Below are positions 25,401 to 39,497 of a DNA stretch of 64,000 nucleotides, piece by piece; the stretch's first letter is position 1, and each line of letters opens with the position of its first letter. The notes beneath the pieces are model-generated. The model saw only the letters and a program-made list of their open reading frames with translations. It was not told where the DNA came from and did not search any database. This stretch comes from Octopus vulgaris (Eukaryota): positions 114,142,001 to 114,206,000 of the forward strand of contig OX597814.1 in NCBI GenBank assembly GCA_951406725.2, written 5' to 3'. A program made the translations under genes and the position numbers.

Positions 25401-28400
25401 ACAACAAACAAGATGAGGACAAATATCCGTCAAATGTAAATAATGTGAAGTTATTTATGGAAGACCAGTAGTCACCCACACATACCAGCCTCTCGTGCCA
25501 CTGATGTCATCCAAGGATGAGGCAAAGGCTGATACAGCTTGGCACCAGTGATGTTGCAACTTATTTCTGCAGCTGAGTGAACTAGAGCAATGCGAAATAA
25601 AGTGTCTTGTTCAACAACACAACACACAACCCAGTCCAGGAATCGAACTCACTACTGCATGATTTGTGAGCCTGACATTTTAACCACTGAGCCAAGTGCC
25701 TTCACATTCATTTATTAGGAAATGTACATTATTAGGAACTGCATAAAACAAAATTGTGAAAATATTTAGTGTATTGTAAAAGTATAACAAATTTATTGTG
25801 CATAAATATTAAGGGCAAAATATTTTATGAACCCCAGTTGAGAACCAAGGGGCTAAAGTATGATAAAGGAATAAATGCACGTGTATAAGGGTAGGTGGGA
25901 ATAGCTGGGAAGAAGCTGAGATGGGAGTGCCATTTATTTAGGTTAATCATAAAAAAAAACCCCAAAGAATTTGTCACTCATCATCATCATCATTTAACGT
26001 CTGTTTTCCATGCTAGCATGGGCTGGACGGTTCAACCGGGGTCTGGGAAACCAGAAGGCTGCACCAGGCTGCAGTCTGATCTGGCAGTGTTTCTACAGCT
26101 GGATGCCCTTCCTAATGCCAACCATTCTGAGAGTGTAGTGGGTGCTTTTATGTGCCACTGGCACAGCTGCCAGGGGAGACTGGCAACAGCCATGAACGGT
26201 TGGTGCTTTTTACATACCACCAGTACAGAAGCCAGTCAAGCCAATTACTGAATAATACTTTAAAATACACATAGTTGAGAACCAAAGGCATTTCTACTTA
26301 GACAAGAAACATTTGATCAAACAAAGCAATGGAAGAAGCACTTACCATTCTGTCCCATTAATATTGTATTTAGAATTGGAATGTAATCTGAGGAGGTTCT
26401 TGCTAAATGACAGCATAATGACACAAGGTCACTTAACATGGACTGTGAACTTTTAGGAGATAACAATATTTGTTGTATAAAAGGTACAGCCTGAAAATAA
26501 ACAACAATTATTAATGTATGCTCATAAAAACAGTTTATGAAAGAAATCTCAGTTGTAACCAGTTTCTCAAACAGAGAGGATGTAAGATTTTACAGAGTCT
26601 CTTAAATTTCTCTCTTGTCAACTTTTCCCTGAGGCAGGGCTGTCAGAAATGTTGAATTTTTCACACTTCAAAGTGATTTCACTGTACTCTATTTATTTGA
26701 TATATGTGTGTGTGTGTGTACATTTCTTTTACTTTCCTTTACTTGTTTCAGTCATTTGACTGTGGCCATGCTGGAGCACCACTGTTAGTAGAGAAAATCG
26801 ACCCCAGGACTTATTCTTTGTAAATCTTGTACTTATCCTATCAGCCTCTTTTGCTGATTTGCAAAGTTACAGGGACGTAAACACACTAGCATCAGTTGTC
26901 AAGCGATGTTGTGGGGACAAATGCAGACACACAAACATACACACACACACACACATATATATATATGCATATATACGACAGGCTTCTTTCAGTTTCCGTC
27001 TACCAAATCCACTCACAAGGCTTTGGTTGGCCCAAGGTTATAGTAGAAGACACCTGCCCATGGTGCCACGCAGTGGGACTGAACCTGGAACCATGTCATG
27101 GGTACAAAACGGTGTGATAGATATACAAACCCGCATACATGCATGCAAGACACATATGCCAAACACAGACACACACATAGATACAAACATGCACAGATAT
27201 GGATACATACCACAGAAAGACAAAATGGAATAGAGACAGGACAGAAGAGGTGGGGCATGAGGAATGGAAAATCATTGAACAGGCCACAGAATGTGTGACA
27301 AAAGAACTCTGACAAATAAACTAATAATAATGATAATAAAGCTAAAGTGAAGATCAACTGAACAGTGCATATGATTTGGGTTCAGTCCCACTGTGTGGCA
27401 CCTTGGGCAAATGTCTTCCACTATAACCTTGGGCTGACCAAAGACTTGTGAGTGGATTTGGTAGAAGGAAACTGAAAGAAGCCTGTTGTATATGTGTGTG
27501 TGTGTGTGTGTGTATATAAGCATATGGCTTAGTGATTAGGGCAGTCAGCTCATGATCGTAACGATGTAAGTCCAATTCCCAGTGATGCATTGAGTCCTTG
27601 AGCAAGACACTTTATTTCACGTTTTCCCCAGTCTACTCAGCCAGCAAAAATGAGTTGTACCTGTATTTCGAGGGACCAGCCTTGTCACACTCTGTGTCAC
27701 GCTGAATCTCTCTGCGGACTTTTTTCAGGGTACATGTGTCTGAGAAGTGCTCAGCCACTTGCATGTTAATTTCATGAGCAAACTGTTCCATTGATTGTAT
27801 CAGCTGGAACTCTCTTTGTAACCAACAGAGTGCTCATTTATATATATATATATATATATATAAATAAAACATTCGAGCGAGGTCATTGCCAATGCCGCTG
27901 GACTGACTCCTGTGCAGGTGGCACCCAAAAACACCATTTGAGCGTGGCCATTGGCAGTACCATCTGACTGGCCCTCATGCCGGTAGCACGTAAAAGAACT
28001 TACTACACTCTCGGAGTGGTTGGTGTTAGGAAGGGCATCCAGCTGTAGAAACACTGGAGTCTGGTGCAGCCTTCTGGTTCACTAGTCCTCAGTCAAATTG
28101 TCCAACCCATGCTAGTATGGAAAGCGGATGTTAAAACAATGATGATGATGATAAACAAACAATGTTAACATATACTGAATGTAAAAAACGAATGGGAGAC
28201 AAACAGAAGGTCCATAATTCTTCACCAGTTATTGACCAATTGGTAATATTCAGTTTGGCAGCTTTAACGATAAGACTGAGTGTTTCCCAATTGGTGGTGC
28301 CCGCAAAAAATGTTTTCCTGCGGAGAATTAGGGACAAGAGCAAACAAAACAAAACAAGCAAAATGACACAGAATATGATTTAGAATGGTGGATAAGGACG

Positions 28401-31297
28401 AACAGTCAAACAAAATATGGGCTTGGAGACAAGGAGGTGAGAATAGTGATACGTGTATGTATATATATATATATGTGTGTGTGTGTGTTTGTCCCCTCAT
28501 CACTGCTTGACAACTGGTGTTGGTGTATATACATGCTTGTAACTTAACAGTTCAACAAAGGAGACCAATAGAATAAAGACCAGGCTGAAAAAATAAGGTG
28601 GCAAGCTGGCAGAAAAGTTAGCATGCTGGGTGAAATACTTAGCGGTATTTTGTCTCTTTACGTTCTGAGTTCAAATTCCACTGGGTTCGACTTTGCCTTT
28701 CATCTTTTCGAGAGTCAATAAATTAAGTACCAGTTACATCCTGGGATTGATCTAATCGCTTGGCCCCTCCTCCCCCAAACTTTTGGGCCTTGTACCCAGA
28801 GTAGAAAGAATTATTATTATTATTATTATTACATTAAGGCGGTGAGCTGGCAGAATCGTTAGCAGTGGATGAAACTAGCAGATTTCACCTGTCACTACAT
28901 TCCGAGTTCAAATTCCACCGAGGTCAACTTTGCCTTTCATCCTTTCGGGAGTCAATAAATTAAGTACCAGTTACATACTGAGGTCAATCTAATCACCTGG
29001 CCTCCTCCCCAAAAATTTTCGGCCTTGTACCTAGAGTAGAAATGATTATTATTATTATATTAAGGTGATAAGCTGGCAGAATCGTTAGCACACTGGACGA
29101 AATGCTTAGTGGATTTCGCCCATCACTACGTTCCGAGTTCAAATTCCGCCGAGGTCAACTTTGCCTTTCATCCTTTCGGGAGTTTAATAAATTAAGTACC
29201 AGTTACATACTGGTGTCGATCTAATTGAATGGCCCCCTCCCCCAAAATTCCGGGCCTCATACCTAGAGTAGAAAGGATTAATAATCAAACTTTTTTCCAG
29301 TTGAGAAATATACTTATATCCTTTTCTCATTTTCCTATTATTAATATTTCTTTATTCTTTTTTAAAAGAATAACTTTGCTCTCTCTCTCCCTCTCTCTCT
29401 CCTTTTAAGTTTGCTTCTTTTCAATTTGGTCTATTTCTTTAATATTTCTTTCTTGTCTCTTTCATGTATTGTTTTCATTTAATTATTTATTCCTTGTAAT
29501 TCAATGTTGTTTTGATTTTGTTTTGTGTTTTTTTGTATGTCCATGTATTAATACACCAACCTAAAATTTATGATTGTTATTCCTTTGAAATGATTGCTTG
29601 TGTGTTTGTTTCTACACATGGGTGTGTAAGTGAGCAAATGTGTGTCTGTGATTGTGTGTGTGTGTCAGAGACTGTGTGAGTGTGTGACTGTGTGTGAGTG
29701 TGAGTGACTGTGTGTGTGTGTGTGCATGAGTGACTGTGTGTCTGCATGTATGTGTGTCTGCATGAATGAGTGTGTGTGTGTGTGTGTCTGCATGAGTGAG
29801 TGTGTGTGTGTGAATGAGTGTATGTATGCATGCATGTAAATGAGTGTGTGAATGACCGTGCATGTGCATAAGTGAATGCGTGTGCATGCATGTGAGAGTG
29901 AATGCATGTGCATGAGTGACTGTGTGTGTGTGCATGTATGAGTGTGCGTGAGTGATTGTGTGAATGTGAGTGACAGACAGCATGTCAGACCGTACATGTG
30001 AAACTGTGTGTATGAATCACTCTGTGACTGTTTTTGTATGAGAAAGAGACTATGTGCACATGTGACCATGAGAAAGAGGAAGAGAGAGAAGGAGGAGGGG
30101 AGAGAGAAAGAGACTGACTCTGTGAGGGAAAGACAGAATGAGAGAAATGCTAACAGCCATGATACATAACAAAATTAAAACAGAAATAATCCAAATCAAT
30201 AGATATATTTCTGAGAGTAGTTTCTAAAACTTTTTTTATGACATTTGCCTTCCATTTTTGTTTTATCAAAAGTTGTGAACCATAAATAAACAAACAAACA
30301 AATAAATAAAATATAGTAAAATAAAAATACAGTTGTCTGGAAACTGAAATAGAACAGACAAAAAAAATAGCAGACAAAGAATAGAAAAGAAAAGAAATAT
30401 CCTAATCAATAGGAGAGTATTTGGCAATCTCCTGGGAGATACAATTGATTGGGTTTCCTTTTAGCCACAACTGACACCTAGAGTAGACAAGGCTATGGGG
30501 TACAGCTTTGGAAGTTTTTTTTTTGTTTTTTCATTGTTGTATTGGCTTTGTGAAAGTTATTAACCCATGTAGTGGATATTACAAACCCTGTCTTGTAATT
30601 AACTGGTCATTGTAAATGATGTTGAAGAGTGTGGTTAAAAGGGGAGATAATTCGAACTGTGAGCCAAATAGTCTCTGATGTCCAAGATAAAGGTCAACTG
30701 TTTTATATATCAACATCAAAGTAGAAACTAAGAAAAGTAACTCATGCAAGGGTGAGGGTGAGGTGAAGGTAAAAGCAAGCAGAAAAGTGAAAGTGAAAGA
30801 GAAATATTTCTAAAACTGGAACAAATTATATGTAAAACTCTTTTATCTTTCATTTCAGTCATTGGACAATGGCCATACTAGAGCACTACCTTGAAGGATT
30901 TAATTGAACAAATCAACCCCTAATTATTTTTTTTAAACCTGCAGTGTAAATAACGGACAGTCAAGACTATTGAAAAGGTTACAAGAAGCAACGAAAATTT
31001 TAGGAAAATAAAAATAAGAAATAAGTGGAAATTTTACCAGTGAGTGTGTTACATTATAAAGCACAAAAAGAAAATTACTCTCCCCAGACACAACAGTATA
31101 TATATATAAATATATAAGTAAAATAAACAAGCTTTGGAAGCTGTTGGAGCCACTTAGCTGGTAACTGAGAGGTATTGTGTTCAATTCCTCATAGCTGCTT
31201 GCTAGCAACTTTTTCTTGTTTTCTAAGGGTAAATGCCTAATCTTTCTCTGCTGTTCCCACAGCTATAATGCATTTGAAACTTACTTTCTTGCCTGTA

Positions 31298-31335
<38 letters not shown>

Positions 31336-31644
31336 ATGGCACGTAAAACACCATTTGAGCGTGGCCGTTGTAAGTACTGCCTGACTGGCACTTGTGCCGG
31401 TGGCACATAAAAGCACCCACTACACTCTTGGAGTGGTTGGCGTTAGGAAGGGCATCCAGCTGTAGAAACTCTGCCAGATCAGATTGGAGCCTGGTACAGC
31501 CATCTGGTTTGCCAGTCCTTGGTCAAATTGTCCAAACCATGCTAGCATGGAAAGCGGACGTTAAATAATGATGATGATATATAAAAATTCAGGCTACATA
31601 TGTTTCAGAGTGAGTGGAACCTCAGAAGCAGGTTGCCAACTGTG

Positions 31645-31693
<49 letters not shown>

Positions 31694-32693
31694 GAGACAA
31701 TTTCTAGTTATCAAATATATATATATATATTTGATGATTGGAAATGTTGAAAAGCTTCAACTTTTCTAATGATCAAATGAAAATAGATATGAAATAATGA
31801 AGAAAGCATACTAACGAGAAAGAATACAATATATATATATAAAATACTTCTTTAATTATTTTGGGTTGGGTTTATGCAAATAGAAACAAGGGTATTCTTT
31901 AAAAGATCAGAACAAATATTCATCAGATATATTGTCATATAATTGAAAATCCTGACAATAAATATATTTTTCCAACCTGGATATTGAAATATCACCTGTT
32001 TAGCTTTAATTAAATGATTCAGCGAAAATAGTTGATTTGCTCGTTAAGATGATTTTCTACAGAGCTTAAAATTTAAGATGGATAACCAAGAGAGAATGTT
32101 ATCTACAGAATCAGCAGACCATATCTATAATATTTGACAGTAGACAAACATAGTTTTAATAACCTGGAAGAAAGCCAAAGCAAGACAAACACATCTATGT
32201 AAAACTTTAATAAATATTTCCATTTTTGTTCTTGTTTGACATCAGAATATTTAATCAGATCTGGTCTAGTTTGTTACTATGGCTGTAATATTGTTTCCAA
32301 ATTTTTTTTCTATTTCCCCCAAGAGCAAAATAATGCTAAATACAATTTTAAAAAAAAAAAAGGCTAAGAAAATTCTAGTGTTTCTTCTTGTTTAGTTTGT
32401 CTTATTTTTTTTTAAACATTTCTTTTAAAATTATAAAATGTTTTCAAACTGAAATATAAAATGCTGAAATTTTTGGCAACATCAATCACTTAAATACTTA
32501 CTCTCTACATAATCATTATGGAATCATTGCAATAAGAGGCTGAAATGAATGTAGTGTGAATGATCAAATAAAGAAAAAAGGATAAAAGAAATATGAAATT
32601 CTACACTAGTATTTTGTATTGAGTACTACTAAGGGAAGTAATCAACTTGAATCGAACCAAATTTCAATGAACAATAGACATAAAATCTCTCTC

Positions 32694-32724
<31 letters not shown>

Positions 32725-35700
32725 CACTATGTATGTGTGTATACACACACACACATACAAAAACACACACACAGATTGCTCAGGCATGGCAGTGTCATTA
32801 AGAAACTTGCTTTGCAATTCTGTAACTTCAGGTTCAGGCTTGCTGCATGGTGCCTTGGGTGAATGTTTTCTGCTATACCGCTGGGCCAACCAATGCCTTG
32901 TCAGTGAATTTGGTAGATAGAGGTTGTGTGTGTGTTGTTTTAGCAACCACTTTTCAATGCTTGCAGGAGACAGAATTTATTTCAGCAGGATTACTACAGC
33001 TGGATGCTCTTCCAGTCACTGACCCTAACATGTTTCAATCAAGTTAATATATTCTCCTGGCAAGGTAAGTTTTTCACAGGAGACTGGAACTGAACACTTG
33101 CGTGTGACAGTGGCACAATGGCACTTTGTTACAACCATCCCCTGATGGTTGCAGGGTACACATACATATGAACACACACACACACACACACACGTATCAT
33201 CATCACCATAATCGTTTAACATGCAGTCTCCATGTTGGCATGGGTTGGATTATTTGACATGAAGCTGGCTAGCAGGGAGCTACCCGAACTCAAACTCTCT
33301 TTTGTGGAACAATTTCTATGGTTGGATGCCCTTCCTAACACCAACCATATATAAAGGTAGGTAAGTAAGTAGGTAGGTACACAGGTGTGTATGATTATGT
33401 ATAGAAGAATATAGTAAGATCACACACTGATTGGTCAGAATACAGCTTGCAAAAATTAACATTCTGGAGTCTGTACAAATGTGTTTAAGGCACACATTTT
33501 AGCCATATCACTACAGTTGTAAATTGTTAAACATAATTGTCACCACTACTACATGAACCTGAAGATTGCATAGTTTAATGCTTGAAAGTACTAGTTCAAT
33601 CAGAATGGACATTTAATATTCTATCATTTCATTATATTATATTGTTATAAATGTGGAATTTCTTTGAGTAATATATTTATATATATATATACATACATAA
33701 ACATACATATACACCTGACATGTTCCTTTCAGTTTTGTACAAGATTTTGGTTGGCTATCTGTATTATTGTTGGCTATCTGTAGTTGTACAAGGCATCAGG
33801 TGGCTATCTGTATTGTAGAAGACACTTGCTCAAGGTAGCATGCAGTGGGACTGAACCCAAACCAACAGAGTTCAGAAGCAACCTTCTGAACCACATGCCT
33901 ACATCATTTGAAGAAAGCATTTTCAACAATGGGAATAATTATTTATAATGTTATGTTTGTTGATTTATAACACACATTTAAAACCACTCCTCCAGAGAAA
34001 AGACAAAGTAGGCTTTGGCAGATAATCGCTCCAGAAGAAATACTCTAAGACATTTCCACCAATGCTTTCATTGTTCTGCCAGTTCCTCACTTGAATGAAA
34101 TAATAATCCATCCTTTTTTGTTTTTTCTGTCCACTATTTCTGGGAGGGATCTGGCAGAGGTAGAGTCCTCAGGCACTTCTTCCATACTGGTCCTATCAGA
34201 AAAAAAACCATCATTGCACTTTTCTGCTAGAGCCACAAGACTGAGCAACTGAGACCATAGATATTGTCCAACTGTCTCGTTCCTAGTCTATCCCAACGTC
34301 TCTAGTCAGTTGGCTCAATTTGAAGAATCTGTCTTGTGATTCTGTCCTGGAACATTCTAATCACTTGTCAGTTGAACTGGAGCTGTGACTTCTCAATGCA
34401 GAGAAGCAGCGGTTCAAACTGGAGAGACTTCCCAATCTCCAAACCATACAATATAGAAATATACAATAATTTTTTTCAGTGTATCTCTACAGATTTTGTG
34501 TAGAATTTAAAGCTAGCAATTAATATATACAATACCAAGCTCTATAAAGAAGTGCTGACTTCTCAAAGTAGATGGAACACGTGGAAGTGAAAGATCCAGG
34601 AAGACGCGGGATGAAATATTGAAGAACTCTGGTGGTGTAAAGCACTCATGATGACGCCACCTAAAAGTGCCTGTACAGCACCATGTAAAAGCACCCATGC
34701 AGTGCCGCATCAAAGAGCATGTGTGATGCAATGTAAAAGCATCCATGTGGTGTCATGTAAAAGCACCCAGCAAACTCTGTAAAGTGTTTGGCATTAGGAA
34801 GGGCATCCAACTGTAGAAACCATACTAAATCAGACAAGGGTCTGGTGCAGCTCCCCAGTTGGCCAGCTCTGGTCAAACCATCCAACCCATGCCAGCATGG
34901 ACAACTGACATTAATGTACCAGTTTCGCATAACCAACCCTAGCCCAGTGAAAAGTACCTTGGATTGTAGGGCAACATGCTGTGCTTGAGGAGACCTATTG
35001 AGTCAAGTACATCAACATTGAAATGAAAATCAAATGGAAATTGTAGTTGTGATACTTGTGTCGGTGGCACATAAAAAGCACAATCCGAACGTGACCGATG
35101 CCAGCACCACCTTGACTGGCTATCGTCAAGCACCAACTAATCGTGGCCATTGCCAGTCTCATGTGGACCCTATGCTGGTGGCACGTAAAAAGCACACACT
35201 ACACTCTCAGAGTGGTTGGTGTTAGGAAGGGCATCCAGCTGTAGAAACACTGCCAGATCAGAATGGAGCCCAGTGCAGCCTCCTAGCTTCCCAGACCCCA
35301 GTTGAACCATCCAACCCATGCTAGCATGGAAAACAGACATTAAACGATGATGATGAAGAATAATTATACAATAGTTATACAATAATTGTGTCATATTCTT
35401 AATTATGTAATTGTAACAGCAAGATTACCTTTGGATCTGCATTTATAGCATTTGAAAACTGAATGACCATACCATCTGTGGAAAGAACCAGGCGACAGAT
35501 TAAGCTGATAGGAACATCTAAGGATTCTTTTCTTATGTAATGGACTGTTGCGTACAAGAGTTTTGGTAATAATTCTAGAGTATGAAAACAGCTGTGGAAA
35601 GAAAGAAAGAAAAAAAGAAACATTAAAAGAAAGAAAAATAGGTTTTGGCAAATAATTTTTTACAGTGGCATAACGTTGGGTAGAATAAAAGACTGAATGG

Positions 35701-38700
35701 GTTCTGTTACATACCTGCTACTTATTTAATTAAGGCTATAATGACAAGCAAAGTCAAGTTTCACAGGACTTGAATGCAAAATGTACAAGGAAGACATTAA
35801 ATAGAATAAGATGCATGTGTGTATTCATTCATTTTCATTGATGTTCCTATACTGGTACAGGTTAGGTGGATACATATTTGAGGGAGTATTTTATAGCTGG
35901 ATGCCCTTCCTGTTATCAACTCTTACCCGGTGTTAAAGTAAAGAATACAACCACACATACACTCTGCAATTAATGACCTGTGTATTGAACCTAGGGAGGG
36001 ATATATTCCATGGAACATTCAGAGAGAGATCTTCATGACCCAATGAGATTTTAGACCTGTGATTCTCAACTGGGGTCCACATAACCCTTAGCAGTGTATA
36101 TAAGATTTTGCTGTTAAAATTTATGTGTAATAAATTAGCTCTATTTCTATAATATACAAAATACCCTCCAAAACTACCCTTTAAAAAAAATTTTTTTGAC
36201 ACAAACCCCGCTTTTCGGCTATGGAGAATATGAATCGGCAAAAAAATTGGCAAAAATCAACATTTTAAAAAAAAATATGGAGATTATGATTCTGAAAAAA
36301 ATTTCCAAATATCTTTGTAAAACTTTTTTTCTAAATATGCAGAAAAATACAGACATGAGTCAGACAAAACTTCCAAAACATTTCTGTACTTACGGTTATG
36401 GGGTTAGGGTTCTAGGGTGAGTGTTGGGGAAAAAAGTCAAAATTTAAGAAGTTGGTGGTGGTGGTGGGGGATTTCACAATGCTGATTTTTGGCAATTTTC
36501 TGGAACCTCCATATTCAAAAACGGGGATTTTTGGCAAAGAAAAGTACAAAAATAAACAAATTTGGGAGAAAATGGGGACGGGGACAGGTAGAAGTCTTTC
36601 CAATATTTTAACAATGTTTTATGCAATCCCTAAAAATATTCAATTATAAAAAAAAAAAGGATTTTTTTTTAAAGAATTGCATGTTTATTAGGGTCAAGTA
36701 GAGTAGAATAAAAATCGAAAAGGTCCAGAGGTAAAAAAATGCTAGAGAAGCACCATTTTAGACTCACTACCAATGTGCTATGAAAGACTCTCTAATCAAG
36801 TATCTGTCTTTATCAACAAAGTTCCAAGAACTTGATTTATATCAGTTCCAGACAATCTAAAGATATTTCTTGACCAAAAGTAAATAATGTTTTCATTGAT
36901 TTTTTTGTTTTAAAAATTTTCCAATTAATGTTCTTATTCAATTAAGAAATATTTCTACCGATAATTTGTTTACCAATAAGTTTAATGAACAACTGTATCG
37001 ACTGATAATGTAGAAACGCTATAAAAATTAGAACCAAATTGACAATGAAAATACCTGTAAATGTGTAGCTAAAAGAACAGCTTTGGTTTTATTACTCAGT
37101 ATCATCATCATCTTCAGTTTTACGTCTATTTTTCCATGAGTTTGAGTGGTCCTCATCAACATAACATCTTATCATTTGTTATGGTCCTCTGCCATCTCTG
37201 TAGTAAGGTTCAGCTTCCTCAGATCAACCATCACAAGAAGAGGAAGATCTTCCTTGGTCTTCCTCTTCTATGAGACAGTATTTTATGAATTTTCATCATC
37301 ATCATCATTTAATGCCTGTTTTCTATGCTGGCATGGGTTGGACAGTTTCACTGAAAACTAGTAAGCTGGGCGGAGCTTTTAGTAACATTAAAATATGAAC
37401 CAGACAATTTCTCAATTTACACCTTCTTCGGCATCTCCTCCCAGGGGCCGCAATCCAAATGCATTTCTCCATGCTACATCAAGAATCTCCATCTCTCACT
37501 AGCTTCAGTTTCATTTGTGTAGACACTACCAATAACATCAATATAGTTGGGTGGCCTTTACCCTGAAGATGCATAGGTCAGTGGATAGAGCAGCGTTTCT
37601 CGACTAGAGTTCTCCAGAACCCTAGAGATTCCATGAGAAAGAGAGAGATAAGCTAATACTAATTTCATAATCGTAATATTACTATACATGCACAACATAT
37701 TATTGGTTATTGTAAGATAAACATCATCCTATCTAACCTATTATGTTATCAGAAAAGATATAACAACCACACACACACACAGACATCATCACCGTTTAAC
37801 GTCTGTTTTCCATGCTAGCATGGGTTGGACGGTTCGACCGGGGTCTGGGAAGCCAGGAGGCTGCACCAGGCAACATCTGATCTGGCAGTGTTTCTACAGC
37901 TGGATGCCCTTCCTAATGCCAACCACTCTGTAAGTGTAGTGGGTGCTTTTTACTTGCCACCAGCACAGGTGCCAGGCGAGGCTAGCAACAGCCAAGATCA
38001 GTTGTGCTTTTTATGTGCCACCAGCATGGAGTCCAGTCAAGGCGGCACTGGCAATGGCCACGTTCGGATAGATCTTTTTACATGCCACCGGCACTTGTAT
38101 CACAACTACAATTTCCATTGGTTTTTTGATCGATTTCGATTTCACTTGCCTCAACAGGTCTTCGCAAGCAGAGTTTGGTGTCCCAAGGCAGAAAGGTATG
38201 CATAAGTGGACTGTCTACATCCCAGGTAAAGGTCATGGGTTATGGTCTCACTTGTCCTGCCGGGTCTTCTCACGCACAGCATATTTCTAAAGGTCTCGGT
38301 CACTAGTCATTGCCTCAGTGAGACCTAATGTTTGAAGGTCATGCTTCACCACCTCATCCCAGGTCTTCCTGGGTCTACCTCTTCCACAGGTTCCCTCAAC
38401 CACTAGGGTGTGGCACTTTTTCACACACCTATCTTCATCCATTCTTGCCACATGACCATACTAGCGCAAACGTCTCTCGCACCCCACAACTGATGCTTCT
38501 TAGGTCCAACGTTTCTCTGAAGGTACTTACACTCTGTCGAGTATGAACACTGACATTACACATCCATCGGAGCATACTGGCTTCATTTTTTGCAAGCTTA
38601 TGCATATCCTCTGCAATCACGGCCCATGTTTCACTGCATGTAGCATAGCTGTTCGTACACATGCATCATACAGTCTGCCTTTTACTCTGAGCAAGAGGCC

Positions 38701-39461
38701 TTTTGTCACCAGCATAGGTAAGAGCTCTCTGAACTTTGCCCAGGCTATTTTTACTCTTGCAGTTACACTTTCAGCACACCCGCCCCCGCAACTGACTTAG
38801 TCACCTAGGTAACGGAAACTATCAACTACTTCTAGTTTTTCTCCCTGGAATGTGGCGGAAGTTGTTCTCTGCTCATTTTCAGTGTTTATTGCTCCTGAGC
38901 ATCTGCCACATACAAAAACTATCTTCCTAGTTAGCCTTCCTTTGACATTGCTGCACTTCTTATGTGTCCATAGCTTACACTGGGTACATCTTATATATAT
39001 GCTAAAAGGGTAAAATTAATTAATTAATTAATAATCAATAATTTTACCAAGTGGTTCAGTACATTAAAATAACCTTTTTTAGGTAAAATTATACAAATAT
39101 TCTATAATTATAAACATAATTATAATCAGGGTTCAGCTAATTGTTTCATCATGCACCGAATTTAGAAATAGGAGTTAAAATTCCTTTTCTGCTACCGTAA
39201 AAATCTCCCGACATAGGCAAAAAGAAAAAATAACAAATTCACAAGACTCAGATTAGCTACATACGCGTTTCAGGATTAAAGTAAAGTAATATTTACTTAC
39301 TTATTTCACCTCTTCAGTGCAGCATTTTGAGATATAAATTTGAGAATGTTTGAATTGAATATGTACATGATCAAGCGTTTTAACTCCTATTTCTAAATTC
39401 GGTGCATGGTAAAGCAATTAGCTGACCTCTGATTATAATTATGTTTATAATTATAGAATAG

Positions 39462-39497
<36 letters not shown>

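Noticed and set aside
37560-37590. Hammerhead starting CCCTGAAGATGC
   Set aside because: Interrupted by a MITE; no downstream GAAA or stems visible
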